The notes beneath the pieces were generated by a model. That model did not search any database and was not told the DNA's origin. It saw nothing but the letters and a program-made list of their open reading frames with translations. The translations under genes and the position numbers were made by a program. A stretch of 64,000 bases of DNA, taken from Epiperipatus broadwayi (Eukaryota; Animalia; Onychophora). The DNA lies in NCBI GenBank assembly GCA_028023455.1, contig JAQFVV010000006.1, positions 9,548,001-9,612,000 of the forward strand. Direction: 5' to 3'. Positions 50,892 to 63,399 of the stretch are shown here, piece after piece; positions within the stretch are counted from its first letter, which is position 1; each line of letters begins with the position of its first letter.

Positions 50892-51005
50892 AAATTGATA
50901 AGGATCAAACACCGCACCTATCATTTGGAGAAAAATGTGAAATTGTCTAGCCCCATTTTCAACCATGATAAAAGTTCAATGTTAAAAATAATTTTAGGTG
51001 TTTAG
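50892..51005 (+). CDS. Putative following exon (after a 91-bp GT-AG intron, 50801-50891)
   Basis: ttgttccacag acceptor; in phase 0 it continues KLIRIKHRTYHLEKNVKLSSPIF...GV*. Confidence 0.25.
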   Translation, partial: KLIRIKHRTYHLEKNVKLSSPIFNHDKSSMLKIILGV

Positions 51006-52977
51006 TTCCTTGTTAGTGAAATGATTTATTGTCAATAGATGGGTATACATTGAATATTTATAAAAAAGATCAGTTAATGGAAATAATCATACCATTTCTT
51101 TATTATAAAATTTCATTCAATTCCTTCGACTACACTGATATACTAAATTTTTAATAATATGATGGAAAGATCATATAACCAATCAGAATATTCTTCAACA
51201 TGTTGGATACAATGTTATGGATTCTACTATTGTAACATTACATTTCCATTAGATCGGACATAGGAAATCAATAGTACCAGGCTTAATTTATGGTATACTT
51301 GAGCATTGTTTTCATAAAAATAATAGAACCACTTAGAAACCTTCTAAATTTTAAAGATTATCTTAAAGGTCACTTTAAGGAAGTTAAATGTTGTTTGCTT
51401 TCAATTAGAAAGATATGGCGAAGAAAGTCTTTCAGAAAAAAAAGTTTGCTATAAAAAAAGTTAAAAGATAATATCGCAAGGTATCACATAAACAGACTAA
51501 TGAAACAGGATGTTATATATATGGATGCATTTATGGTACACAGATTGGTTGACATAGTTATATGAAAATGTATCTTCAATATTTTATAAATACTGCCTTT
51601 TTTAATCCTTTTATCACTTTTTTTTAAAAAACACTTATTTCATTCACAAATTCTAATTAATTTGTCCGTACCAAATATTGTAAACAAATCTTTATCATAC
51701 TTCTGTCAAATGGATTTTCTTCAAATTTTATATCTTAGGTATTGATGTCAATGCAATATGATACTGAAATATTTCAGGGTTGTCCATCCAGTTGTTTAGT
51801 TAGTGTTGGTAGGCCGAATTTCAAAATGTGGATATCAATTCGTTAAGTTTACAGCATGTTGGTGTATGTATATTCTAACCTCAACTTTATGCAAGTAGAT
51901 AATTGATTGAAAATAACTCTGGAACTGAACAAGGAATGCTAGTGTGTTTACCTAATGATAGTAAGAATAAGATTATGTATACCCAGTCACCAAATTGTAA
52001 CTATGAAATCGTAATGTCATTATCATCCATACTTATAGGATCTAATGAAGAAATGAATTCAAACTCAGTTTATTATGGTCTTAATTTTAAACTTAATAAC
52101 AGTTATATAAATACTCTCATGATAAGTCATTACTGCTTAACTAAATAATATGGACAACTTTATATAGATATATGATCTCAAGTGGTAATCATATGTATAT
52201 TTCTAACATATAAATGATGAGAAATAAATTAATAATCAACGCGAACTCGTAATTTACGTTCATAGTATAAGATTATTATTTAATTGAAAGTAGGATAAAA
52301 GAAATGCTCTAAATCCTTCCCATTTAACCCAGCTACTATTCTTTTTGTTCTCGGCATCTATCACTTCTAATAGTCACAATTATATAACACTAAATGTCTG
52401 TGTTATGTTCTTCTTTATATCTTCTTAACTGACAACTTTTAATCTTATTTCATTAAACATGCACATATGCCTTTCAACTAACTATAGATTCATTGTCCAT
52501 ATCATAATAGTATTTCACGATTTTAATACTTACACTACTTGACTTCCTGGCTAGCTCTCTTAGATTTAATAATTGAAGTACTCAAATTGTCAAGATCTTA
52601 ATCTGCTAATGAGGTGCAAATTATTAATGATGACTACAATGTAATAGATACGATCCCCAAACTTGCTAAATTAAACTTTAATGTGAGTTTACCAGTGGGA
52701 ATCATACTAAATACCAAAAACAGGAAAGGGATTTTACATCTGCTCCTAATATTCATAACATTGCAACAAACCAAATAACTAAATTTAATATATCTAAATT
52801 TGACTATTTTCTCTCATTTTATTTTATTTTGTATCATCTGTTTGCCAAATTTAACTAGTTTTTTAAATTTCTATTACATTTTACGAGTCGGGTATATTCT
52901 TTATCCGCACAAAATGATTGTTCCTCCCCTATATAAAAAAGAAATCTTTCTAGGTTAATATTTTACAAAGGTGGATT

Positions 52978-53055
52978 ATGGAAATCATTCGTAGAAGTAA
53001 ACTATGGAAGTAAACCATGGAAATCAATCATGGAAATCAATCATGGGAATCAATC
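52978..53055. repeat. 13-bp minisatellite, 6 units
   Basis: atggaaatcaatc-like units. Confidence 0.85.
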
Positions 53056-55274
53056 AATATAAGACAATTCATAAATTTAAATGTGATCTGGTATTAGTTC
53101 TAGATATAGGTGCTGGACACAGGTGCTAGATATAGGTTCTAAACATTTGAAATATTAAAGACAAGGCATGCAAGTAAATTCATAACAATAACAAATATTT
53201 ATTATACTTAAATAAAAAAGAAACACATATATATATCATTACAATCTCAAATATTATACTCATTGTAAAATAAAAATCTACTTCTTTTGTATGAAATTCA
53301 CTTTAACTAAAAAAAAAAAAAATAAAAGAATATATACTTTCAGATTATTTAAATTTCCTTAAAACTTAATCACTGTTTTGATCCATATTTCAATTTAATA
53401 TTAATGCGCTTATGCACAGAATCAAAATTCCGCATTTAAATATTAATATGAAATTATCTTATAACTTTACACAAAGCCTATAAATTTCTTGCACCCCCCC
53501 CCCCCTTCATTATAACAATTATAAATTGAACTATTCCAACAAGCAATAATACCTTGTATTTCCTATATAAAGATAATGTTATATCCAAACTTTTAACCAT
53601 TCTAAATAATGGATTGGAATATAAAACCATAGTTTTATTTCCATGCATGCTAAATATTCACCGCTATCCCCCTGTAATACTAATCATCATGTTATCTCTA
53701 GTGACTGTATACATTTTGACAGGCTAGTATGTTGCCACAGATTGACGATGTCTAATTTTATTATCTTTCACCAACTCCGACTACAGATCAGACAGCTTAT
53801 AAATTAAAGTAACTCTTTGTCACCCCCTATATCAACACCCACATCTGATTATAACTCTCATCCTGTCATAGCAATTTTTATCCCATCTTGCAAAATCCTT
53901 CAGATATTTTATAGCACTATGCAGCACTTCACAATGCACACATCACTGTCTCAGTAAGGGAAATTAAACAATTCATAACTTCCAATGTTAGCATTGGCCA
54001 GAGAACTGCCTTCTTTCTGAGGCTATGTGAGGAACTAGTCTCTACACATTTACCTTAAATAAGCATACTAAACATTTCACGACAACCGTATCAATAATTC
54101 TCTACTTAAATAATAAATATAAATGGAGCTGGGATCAAGTTCTTGATTTCCCTATACCTGCGTACATAGTAACTAAATTATGAGATAGTTATTTACTATA
54201 TATCCATTCGAGGTGGTACAATAACCCTACCTCAGTAATACTCAGCATTTATAGCTTCACATATACACACTCAGGGTGATTATAGTCTTGATACAAATGA
54301 CAAAGTCTGGCCAATGACGAACCAAACCCATGTACTATATTAATTTCAAAAGTCAAGTACACAGCAACATTCATCCAATCTTTATAATCATAACAGATCA
54401 CATCAATATGTTAAAGCATAGCAACGACTATTCAAATACTTTTCACACATCTAAGAATAGGCATATAATTTTGATAAAAAAAAAAAATCTTTCCCTTTTT
54501 TTAATTTTTTATATGACAAATATAAAAGCATTTATGTTTTCTCATTATTATACAGTAAACATTTTTTTTTTAATAGTTTCTTATGGATCAAAATCATTAT
54601 TTTTTTTTTTTTAAAAAAAAAATCCTATAATTGCTAAATATCTATCAAACATACTACGAACGTATAAATAAAAGCAAAATAAATAAACAATTAAACATTA
54701 CGCATTATCTCTTTGGTTTGAGTTCCTTCGAAGCTCAGCCTAAATATTTTATACTGTCAAGGCCAATTTGACAGAGAGCACGTATGTATTGTCCACATAG
54801 CAATTACCATTTTTCAGTTCACTTCCTTGGAAAACACATTATATGGTTATGGACGCACATAAATTATTTTCATTCAGGATGTAGCTACATTGATACTTGA
54901 TGTCTTCGTATTTAAACGCGATAATTAAAACTATTGAAAATTCATCCTGCAGATTACTTTCGCATTTTAAATGCTTTTCTTCCCAGGTTCGAATTCAGAT
55001 GCTTGGTTTCACATTGAAGTCCATAACTCTATTTCTTTAAGCTTCATTTTTCTTTTTCTTAGTTTCTTTCAGGAGAAAAAAAAATTTCAAACGAAAGTGT
55101 TCTAGGTGCTCTTTTTTTTTCCGATTATATTCTTAGGTTGGAGTCACAATAAAAAAAATTACTAATAAGAATGATGAGTAGTTAACTAACTTTATATTAA
55201 AGTCTGATCGTTCCTTGGAATTTTTTTAAATTAAGCCACGGATACAATACTGTTCTTGAAATGTCTTGCTTGAG

Positions 55275-55389
55275 AGGTCTTCTTTTTTTTCTCATGTGTC
55301 ATAGCATCAGCCGGGAAGCGAATGTGCTAACCTGGGACAACTGCTTGTAAAGCAGCTGTCGCTGATCTCTCGACCACCAATGCTTGACT
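55275..55389 (-). mobile_element. tRNA(Val-TAC-like)-derived SINE head, second copy
   Basis: Reverse complement aligns with 43861-43975; anticodon arm GCTGC-TTTACAA-GCAGT. Confidence 0.7.
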
Positions 55390-56235
55390 ATGTCTTCTTT
55401 AAACGAACTGTTAAACACCAAATACGAAGATTTGAGGTATTGAATACAGCACTTTTTGTTGTGAACTAATTTATCCATAGTTGATTTTGGAGAGAGACTA
55501 GTACACCATTTATAATTGATTTAGCACTTCATCTTTAAGTAATATATACACACTTCTTAATAAGTTGAGTCAATTGCTGTCTCTCAGAGAGAAAACAATC
55601 AGAAAAGACGGTCCAGATATTGAGTTAGCCAGAAAAATCCTCCTGTATTTCATTTTCACTAACTTTTATATATAAAAAAAAGCCATCTGCAAGTTTTTTT
55701 GCTTTGTTTCTTTTAATTTACGATTCTCTCTCTGAAGGCAACTTTTGACATCATTTGTTAAATGTTGGTTTTGGTTTATTGCTTTCAGCTCCGATTACGT
55801 TTTAATTTTCCTTTTCTTGACACATTTTACATCGTTCTGATTTACGAGAAATATTAAAAAAAAAATATATAGAATTACTGGTATTTTATAGAACTGATAT
55901 TATATAAATAAATTTCTTCTTTAAAATTTAAATCAAATTTAGAACTGAAAACAATAACCAATTCCTGTAAAATCCATACAAAATAAATTCATTTTACATT
56001 ATACTATCAAATAATCACAATATGTAAATTTCCATAAAGAAAAAAAAATATATATATGCATCATACATGTACATATGCATGCAGAGACTCACAATACTAA
56101 ATAGTGAATGCTTGTTCATATTCATTTCAGTACAGAATATCTTTTATTCATATTAGTCCAAAATATCTTTCCTAATTTCCTAAAAATTTAAAACTATTCT
56201 CATGAAAAGAACTGTCAAACAAATGCTATCTAGAA

Positions 56236-59196
56236 CAGCGATACTCAACCTGTGGCCCCTGGGCCACATGTGGCACACCAAGCTTTTATATATGGCCCAG
56301 CAATAGACTGATGGTCAACAGGTGTGACAACACATTTCTTAATTAATGAATAACCATGCGCGATTGATATTTTTTATTGATGCACTAATAATGTTTTTTT
56401 TTTTAATTTCACAGATCTGAAGAACCTGCCAAATCTGTACTAGAAATGCCTGAGTATCTTCATATATAACTTGTATTTGCTCTCAACTCGATATCTTTAG
56501 TATTTTTTCTTTGATTTTAGCACCTTCAGTATTTTTTTTGCAAAGAAAAAATCAGTAAATATTTAAATTTAATGGTATAATAATGATGTAAACCCATTTT
56601 TTCAAGCTTCTGATTGATTGTTTTTTTCTACGCAAGGGAATGCCAATCCATGACTTCGACAGTTGTATTTCTACATTTTGAATTTGAAAATGAAAACATA
56701 ATTTACTAAGCTTTTTTTTTTTTACCCAACTTGTTTGTTTCTCAGATTTTAGTCAAAAAATTTACTTTTATACTAAAACATATTGATAAGGAATTCAATG
56801 AATTACTTCTGGAATTTATAATTGGATGGCAAACATTTATTATAATTTGACAGTGTTATATATTATCATCAATTATAAATAGAAATTTATTTTTTAAAAA
56901 CCTTTCTGTAATCAGAAAAATTATAAATTTCTATTTTAGATACTAAACTAAAACAAATATAATTTTAAAAAGACAAATACATTTACTGCAGATTGTAGAA
57001 TTGACCAATCAGAAGTTTGAAACTTTAATCCATGTTTTTGAAAGCAAAGTGAAACATTTTAGTTTTATATGTGAATTAGTATACACATAGATGCGTAGTA
57101 TTTTATATCAAACTATAATTTAAACATCATAATGATGTCTTCAAGCAACAAACGAAAATTATCGGATAAAAATCGAATGTTTCAAGACAACTGGAAAGAT
57201 TTTGTTGTATTGAATAACAAAGGTTCAGCAACGTGTTTGATTTGTCAAAAAAGGGTCACATTAAAAAATATAACATTGATCATCATTATTCCACGAAACA
57301 TAAATTGTTTAATGACACTTTTGCTCATGGGTCTTTAATAAGAAGCAAAAAATTAGCTTTCGTTAAGAAATCATTGCAACAGCAACAAAATGTTATGTCG
57401 GTGGCAATCTCACAAGAAGCAGCGGTGACATGAACATCATATGAAATTTGTTATATACTCGGCAAAAATATGAAACCATTTACGAATGCTGAAGTTGTGA
57501 AAGAATGTTTCCTAAATGCTTCAAATATATTTGATAAATTTAATAATAAAAGTCAAATATTATTACAAATTAAGAAATTACAACTGTCAGATTCTACCTG
57601 CATTAGACGTATTGAAGATATTGCAAAACATATTTTTGATAATATAATAGATTTGAAAAACTGCAAATATTTTAGTTTGGCTGTTGATTCTAGTACTGAC
57701 ATTTCAGCAACATCACAATGTGCTATTTTTGTCAGATACTATATGGAACAGAATTCAATTTGTGAAGATTTTTTGAAATTTCTTCCTATGAAAAATCAAA
57801 CTAGAGGTAGTGATTTTCTCAATAGTATTTGTACTTTTCTGGAGAATAATAATATTGAAATAAAAAAATTGGTTTCTGTGTGCACTGATGGATGTCCTTC
57901 AATGATTGGATTCGAAAAGGGATTTGTTTCCCTATTAAAAAAGAAATATAATCTAACAAATCTTTTATCATTTCATTGTTTAATTCACCAAGAAAACTTG
58001 GGGGCACATATATCCATTAAAGAAGTAGATGCTGCAATGAAAACCGTCGTAAACATTGTGACTTATATTCGAGCCTGAGAATTAAACCACAGAAAATTTA
58101 AAAATATTTTGGAAGAAATAAATAGTACTTATGATGATGTACTTTTGCATACTTCGGTATGATGGCTAAGCAGAGGTAAACTTTTGAATCGCTTTTTTTT
58201 ATTACGTCATGAAATTATTTCATTTTTACAAGAAAACAATAAAACTTATAATGAGCTTGACAGTGATGGATGATGGTGTCTTTTAGCTTTTTTATGTGAC
58301 ATCACAGAAAAACTTTGTGATCTTAATATTAGTTTGCAAGGTGAAAATAAAATTATTTCACAAATGACAAATAAAGTATTTGCTTTTGAAAAAAAACTAA
58401 ATATTTATTACCAAGATATTCAGAACCAAATACTATATCATTTTCCAATATTGACAAATGCTAAGCAAGATGGTATTGACATTTTTTCAGAAACCTATCT
58501 AATTATTTTAAATTATTTAGGTACCTTATTGAAAGAATTTAAAAGTAGATTTCAAGATTTAAGAAATATTAAGAATTGTCTTTTGCTTATAGAAAATCCC
58601 TGGCACTTAGAAATAGCAACTATTACACAATTAGTTGCAGTTTGACATGATTATGTTAAGCTATTTAACGAATTTGTTCAATTTAAAAATGACACAAATT
58701 TGGAAGCCATTTTTAAAGAGAAAAGGGAGGGAAAGGAGTATATGGAATTTTGGAAATTGGTGCCTGAAAAATATAAAACTGTCAAAAAGTGTGCACAAAT
58801 GTTGCTCACATTGTTTGCATCAATATAACTTTGTGAATCATCTCATTCGAAAATGAAATATGTGAAAAATGTGCATAGAAACAGACTTACTGATTTACAC
58901 CTTGATGATATATTAAGAGTAGCATGTAGCACATGTAAAACAGATTTATCTAAAATTGTTAAAAGTTTATCTCAACATCAAAAATCACACTGATATTTAA
59001 ATAAATGTTTATATCAAATAAAAGTGTTTGCGTTATGTTAATTCTAAGATATAGTAAAGTGATCCACAAGCTGTGGCATGCATGAATTGAGAAGTCAGAC
59101 ATTTTTTTTACATGATACCAATTGGTTGCCGCAATCCGCTTGATGTAGCACACAAATATATGTGGCCCAGGAAAGAAAAAAGGTTGAGTATCCCTG
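56236..59196 (+). mobile_element. Full-length hAT DNA transposon (Charlie/SPIN/Buster-type), 2961 bp
   Basis: TIRs cagcgatactcaacct / aggttgagtatccctg (15 of 16); perfect 8-bp TSD atctagaa (56228-56235, 59197-59204) with central TA; subterminal tgtggccc motifs. Confidence 0.97.
57132..58993 (+). pseudogene. hAT transposase (~620 codons), inactivated by stops and about two frameshifts
   Basis: Zn finger CLIC...HYSTKH; D1 VDSSTD; D2 CTDGCPSM; FHCLIHQE; V*WLSRGK; catalytic E in LCESSHS; C-terminal RNRLTDLHL; ORFs 57233, 57470 and 58334 share a frame. Confidence 0.95.
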
Positions 59197-59799
59197 ATCT
59201 AGAACAAGTTCGATTTCAATCTGCACTAACATTTTCATTCATAAATATGACAATTCACAAAGATCTTTCTGTTTAGATATATAAATCAACATTTTTAATG
59301 TATTTTAGTGCTTGTGATAGTCAATCCCCCTCCCTCTACATAATGCTAAGCTATAATTTTAAATAAATACAAACAGATTCTTCTCTATATGTTAAATTTA
59401 AGCCACACTTGGTTACTGATCTCTCTAAATAGTTTTAATTTTTTAAAAAAAATTTTTTTTACTGGGATATTATTTATTTCCCAATCATTAGTTTCTTCAC
59501 TAAAGAAACTAAGGGTTACAATATATTTAAAATACTTTCATGAAAGATTGACTAAAAAGTATTTCCAGTTAATTAAAATAGAAAGAAAAAGAACTGGATA
59601 ATATCTTAATTTCTTTCGACTGTTTAAGTAAAACTTACTTTTTTTTTAAGACATTATCTTCATAAACATAAAAATATTGTAAACGATTTTTAATGCATAT
59701 GAATTTCACTTCAAATACTGGAAATACAGTGACATTGTTTATAATTGTAATTTATAAATTTGAATATGAATAGTTATAAAAAGTTATATTAATACATTG

Positions 59800-60045
59800 T
59801 ACAGGCTTAAACCTGCATTTATATATGTAATATATGCGGGGTTTGAACTCAGACTTTCACACGACCCACCACCCTCAGTGCCATCTCATATTGCTGACCC
59901 ACTTGATCACACACATGTTGAAAAGATAAATAATCACCAATATACGTATTTCATGCTAAACCAGCAATCATCAGTTGGTCCAGATTACTATCCTCACACA
60001 TATATATGATCAGTACTCAGCTTTATATTAAGATAGCCAATCTTT
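59800..60045 (-). mobile_element. HH-E copy
   Basis: Highly similar to 12015-12230. Confidence 0.85.
59931..59987 (-). ncRNA. Type I hammerhead ribozyme (HH-E), core and palindromic helix III intact
   Basis: Reverse strand: UAAUCU-GGA-CCAA-CUGAUGA-UUGCUG-GUU-UAGCAU-GAAA-UACGU-AUA|UUGG-UGAUUA; cleavage predicted between 59941 and 59940. Confidence 0.85.
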
Positions 60046-60080
60046 ATGTGACAATTAAATATATATATATTTCATAATTT

Positions 60081-60362
60081 AAAAAATGCTTTTATTTAAT
60101 ATGTGGAATAATACACTAAAAAAAAATTTTTTTTTTTTCTTGGACCACAATTTGGGTTGGTATATTTAACTTGAAATTAAATGTGGGATGTATTTATATA
60201 TTAATTAATTCAATCACTATTTTTAAAACTGATTGATTTAATTAATTTATGCATACTCTCTGCTTTTATTTCAAGTTAAATATACCAATCCAAATTATGG
60301 TCCAAGTAAAAAAAATTCCCCCATTTTTAGGTATTACTTCTCAAATTAAATAAGTGTTTTTT
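60081..60362. mobile_element. Fold-back, MITE-like hairpin (~280 bp)
   Basis: 60139-60177 vs 60268-60306 match at 37 of 39; pairing extends inward and outward. Confidence 0.75.
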
Positions 60363-63300
60363 TTTTTTTTTGTTTAATGATAACTTAAATAAGTGGCGGT
60401 TTTTTTATAAAATATTTTTTATATATATTATTTTAAATTGGACTGTCTATAATGATTTGTGAATGTTATATTTAGACTTAAAAATAGGAAGTGCCCTGTT
60501 CTACATTTCCTATGAATTACGTACTTCCTGTGAAAATTTTTTATATTAAATCTCAAAAAGAAAAAAAAATTAGAATAAGAAATTAGAATAAAAACACGAT
60601 ATATACATATTAACAAATGCTATCTTAGATTCACAAATTATATAAATATTAATGGAAAAAAAAAAAATATAAATTGTATATTGGGGGGGGGGGGAGAGCT
60701 ACTTACAAATGATCAGATTTTTAAATGTTAATTTTTTTTAATATTAATACTAAATAACACTGTTCCCTTTTTGAATGACTTAAGATCGAAAGTAATCCTC
60801 TCCAATAACCAACGAAGCAAAATTTCGATATCAAATTTTTTGTTAGGTGATAAAAAGACAATAAAAATTGCCTTATCACTTCTAAAATTTATATGGCTAT
60901 CAAGATGTAATGCAATTTTCTAAAACAAAATATTATTCTGATCAACAATTTCAATAATACTGGTGGAAGCAATATTGTTGAGTAATAAAACAAAATCGTG
61001 ACAATATAGATTATTTCATTCATAGGATCCACTATGACCTAAGTAAAAGCGGATTCATGACCGCACATCCATCAATGAAGATCTATTTCTTATATATAAT
61101 ACATTTAAATATTTATGTTGAAAGTCATGCAAGGGGAATAATAATTAGCAAAAAACATCAATACCTTTTCTAAATATAATATATTAAGTTTTGATTTTAA
61201 ATCTGAAAGTATATATTTTTATTGGATGTGGGGAATAAGCCCCCCCCCCCACCACCACCACCATTGTTATGAAATAAACTACTTTTTAAAATGAGAGATG
61301 GATATTATCCATCTTCATGATGTAAAGAACTCATTAAAGTTTATGATCAAGCTCTAAGACGAAGATGCTAGAGTAAATTGTTAAGAAAATGTCAAGAAAT
61401 GAAAAACTATTATCGTCAATGATAATCAAGGGTTTCACTTAGTCGTAATACTCTGTTACCTTGGTTACTTTACCTCTCTTCGATCAGAGACCGCAACAAC
61501 TATATATATATTTTCAGCCAATCAAGGGGGTTATTTTCATTCAGTACTAAATTTTAATATAAATCCGAAAGGTGAAATTATTATAACAAAAATTCGCGCA
61601 AAATGAATTACGCGATTCCCCACCATGTGGCATTTGAGTATAATTTATTAAGTTCGGATAATTGTTTTCTTTCATAATTAAAAGATAAGATTCAGATTAT
61701 TGTTAATTTTTACCTGTTTTTATAGTTGACTATAAAGTGAAACTAACCTAATAGGAATAAGCAATTACAAATATTATCGATCGTAGTCCCTTGCTTTGAC
61801 GTAGTGATGATTCGTTAGCGTCATTAACTACACATATTCCTACACCATCCCTCGCCACTATAGCAACGTTGGAGGCTGTGCCAATCTCACGTTCAAAGCT
61901 TTGTAAGTTTTATCTTCTACCTTAATGTTTTGTATAGTCTTTTTTTTTCCTCTTAAAGAGGGAATTTAATTACTTTCGATTGGATTCTTCTTGTAAACGA
62001 AATTACGTAATTCTTTAACCTTCCTTGATTTCTTTCCACGGCCGCGTTTATGCCTTTATAAAGTTAAAAAATTGTTTTTGATGGCCTCATCTCATAGATT
62101 GCAATTTTACAATACTTTGTAATCTTAAGTCAGTCACATGAACCGGGAATAAAAATGAAATGTTTGTAGATAAGCAAGTTCCCTTACCAATGGGTAGTGC
62201 GTTGGTTTTTGATTCGCGAACGTAAATCTTATCTGCTTATTACTGTGCTCGTAAGTGCGATTAAATTCAAATCTTGTTTAAATTTACTTCACTGAGTACA
62301 ATATTTATTTTACACCCATCCATTTGTAACCGTAGCCAAATCCTTAGCAAAAACGTTCGCAAAAAATATACTAATTAGCGAATGACTCAAGCCCTGTTTA
62401 AACGCTTTTAACAACTTCGGAACCAAATTTTTAGTATCGTTATTTTTAAATTCTCACTCTACTTTTAGCGCTGTTTAAATTCTGTTTCAGATTTTAAAAC
62501 ATTGCTTAGGGCGTCATCAGTTTTAGCAACTAACGGATTATTTTCTCCTGGAATTACTAATAGGTTCACGTTTTGTTTTTTTTTAAACGTAAATATTTGG
62601 TTAAAAATTGCGTACTTTCTACATTATTTATGATAGAAGGCCTTGCAATGTTGATAATGCATTGACTCACTCGCGCATACGGAGTTCAAATTTGGAATAG
62701 GGTGGTAAATTTTTCAGATGTTAAGCTCCGCGAATTATTTTTTCACTTCTCTAAATAGTTATATTACTCTAATTAACACAATATCTAACTATTCCTAAAG
62801 AAAAATCATTAAAATTCTCACACTTGAATGTTAGTTAGTGTATTGCCTTTACATGGGCTGTTTTAATCTATTTGATACTTTTATTGAAAAAAAAAAGCTA
62901 AAGATGAGGTTTAAGTGCATTACGATTGTCTATGTTATTCTATTATTATTTGTTTCCTTTATATATGTGTGTATATTTAGATGTGCCATAAACTTTATTC
63001 CACAAATTATATATGCAAATTAAACCTGAATTGTAGTACTTCGCCCAACAATCATTTCAATAATTCTATAACCAATAGAGTAGAAAATGTTTAGGAAAAA
63101 AAAAAGAATGTATATTTTTAATAAATTTGCCGAATTATTTCCCGCGTCAAGTTTCATAATGATTTCCAGATGTGTCTATTTTAGCATGTGGGATCTTAAT
63201 ATTGCAAGTTACGAATTTCCAGTGTATATATTGTAATGGTTAGAAATGTATGAGTGAGCGATGAAATGAGAAACCATTACAAGTATATTTGTCTTAAAAA

Positions 63301-63399
63301 TAAACTAACCATTAACCGTTTAACATACGTTTATTAATTAGCTTATAAACAATCTAACAAAGAAAATAATTTGGTTTATCATAGCACCAAAATTACAAT

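Noticed and set aside
1640-60362. Fold-backs as whole-genome-amplification chimeras
   Set aside because: Arms are mostly diverged, inversions are confined to repeat families, and one has a TSD within a restorable ORF; this remains checkable with native long reads.
130-63023. Short ORFs in the supplied track as real genes
   Set aside because: Apart from the hAT and LINE fragments, they are chance frames in AT-rich DNA or recur because they overlap HH-A/HH-E repeats (e.g. 12019, 13154, 30154, 30583, 47003, 59797); no conserved domains were recognised.
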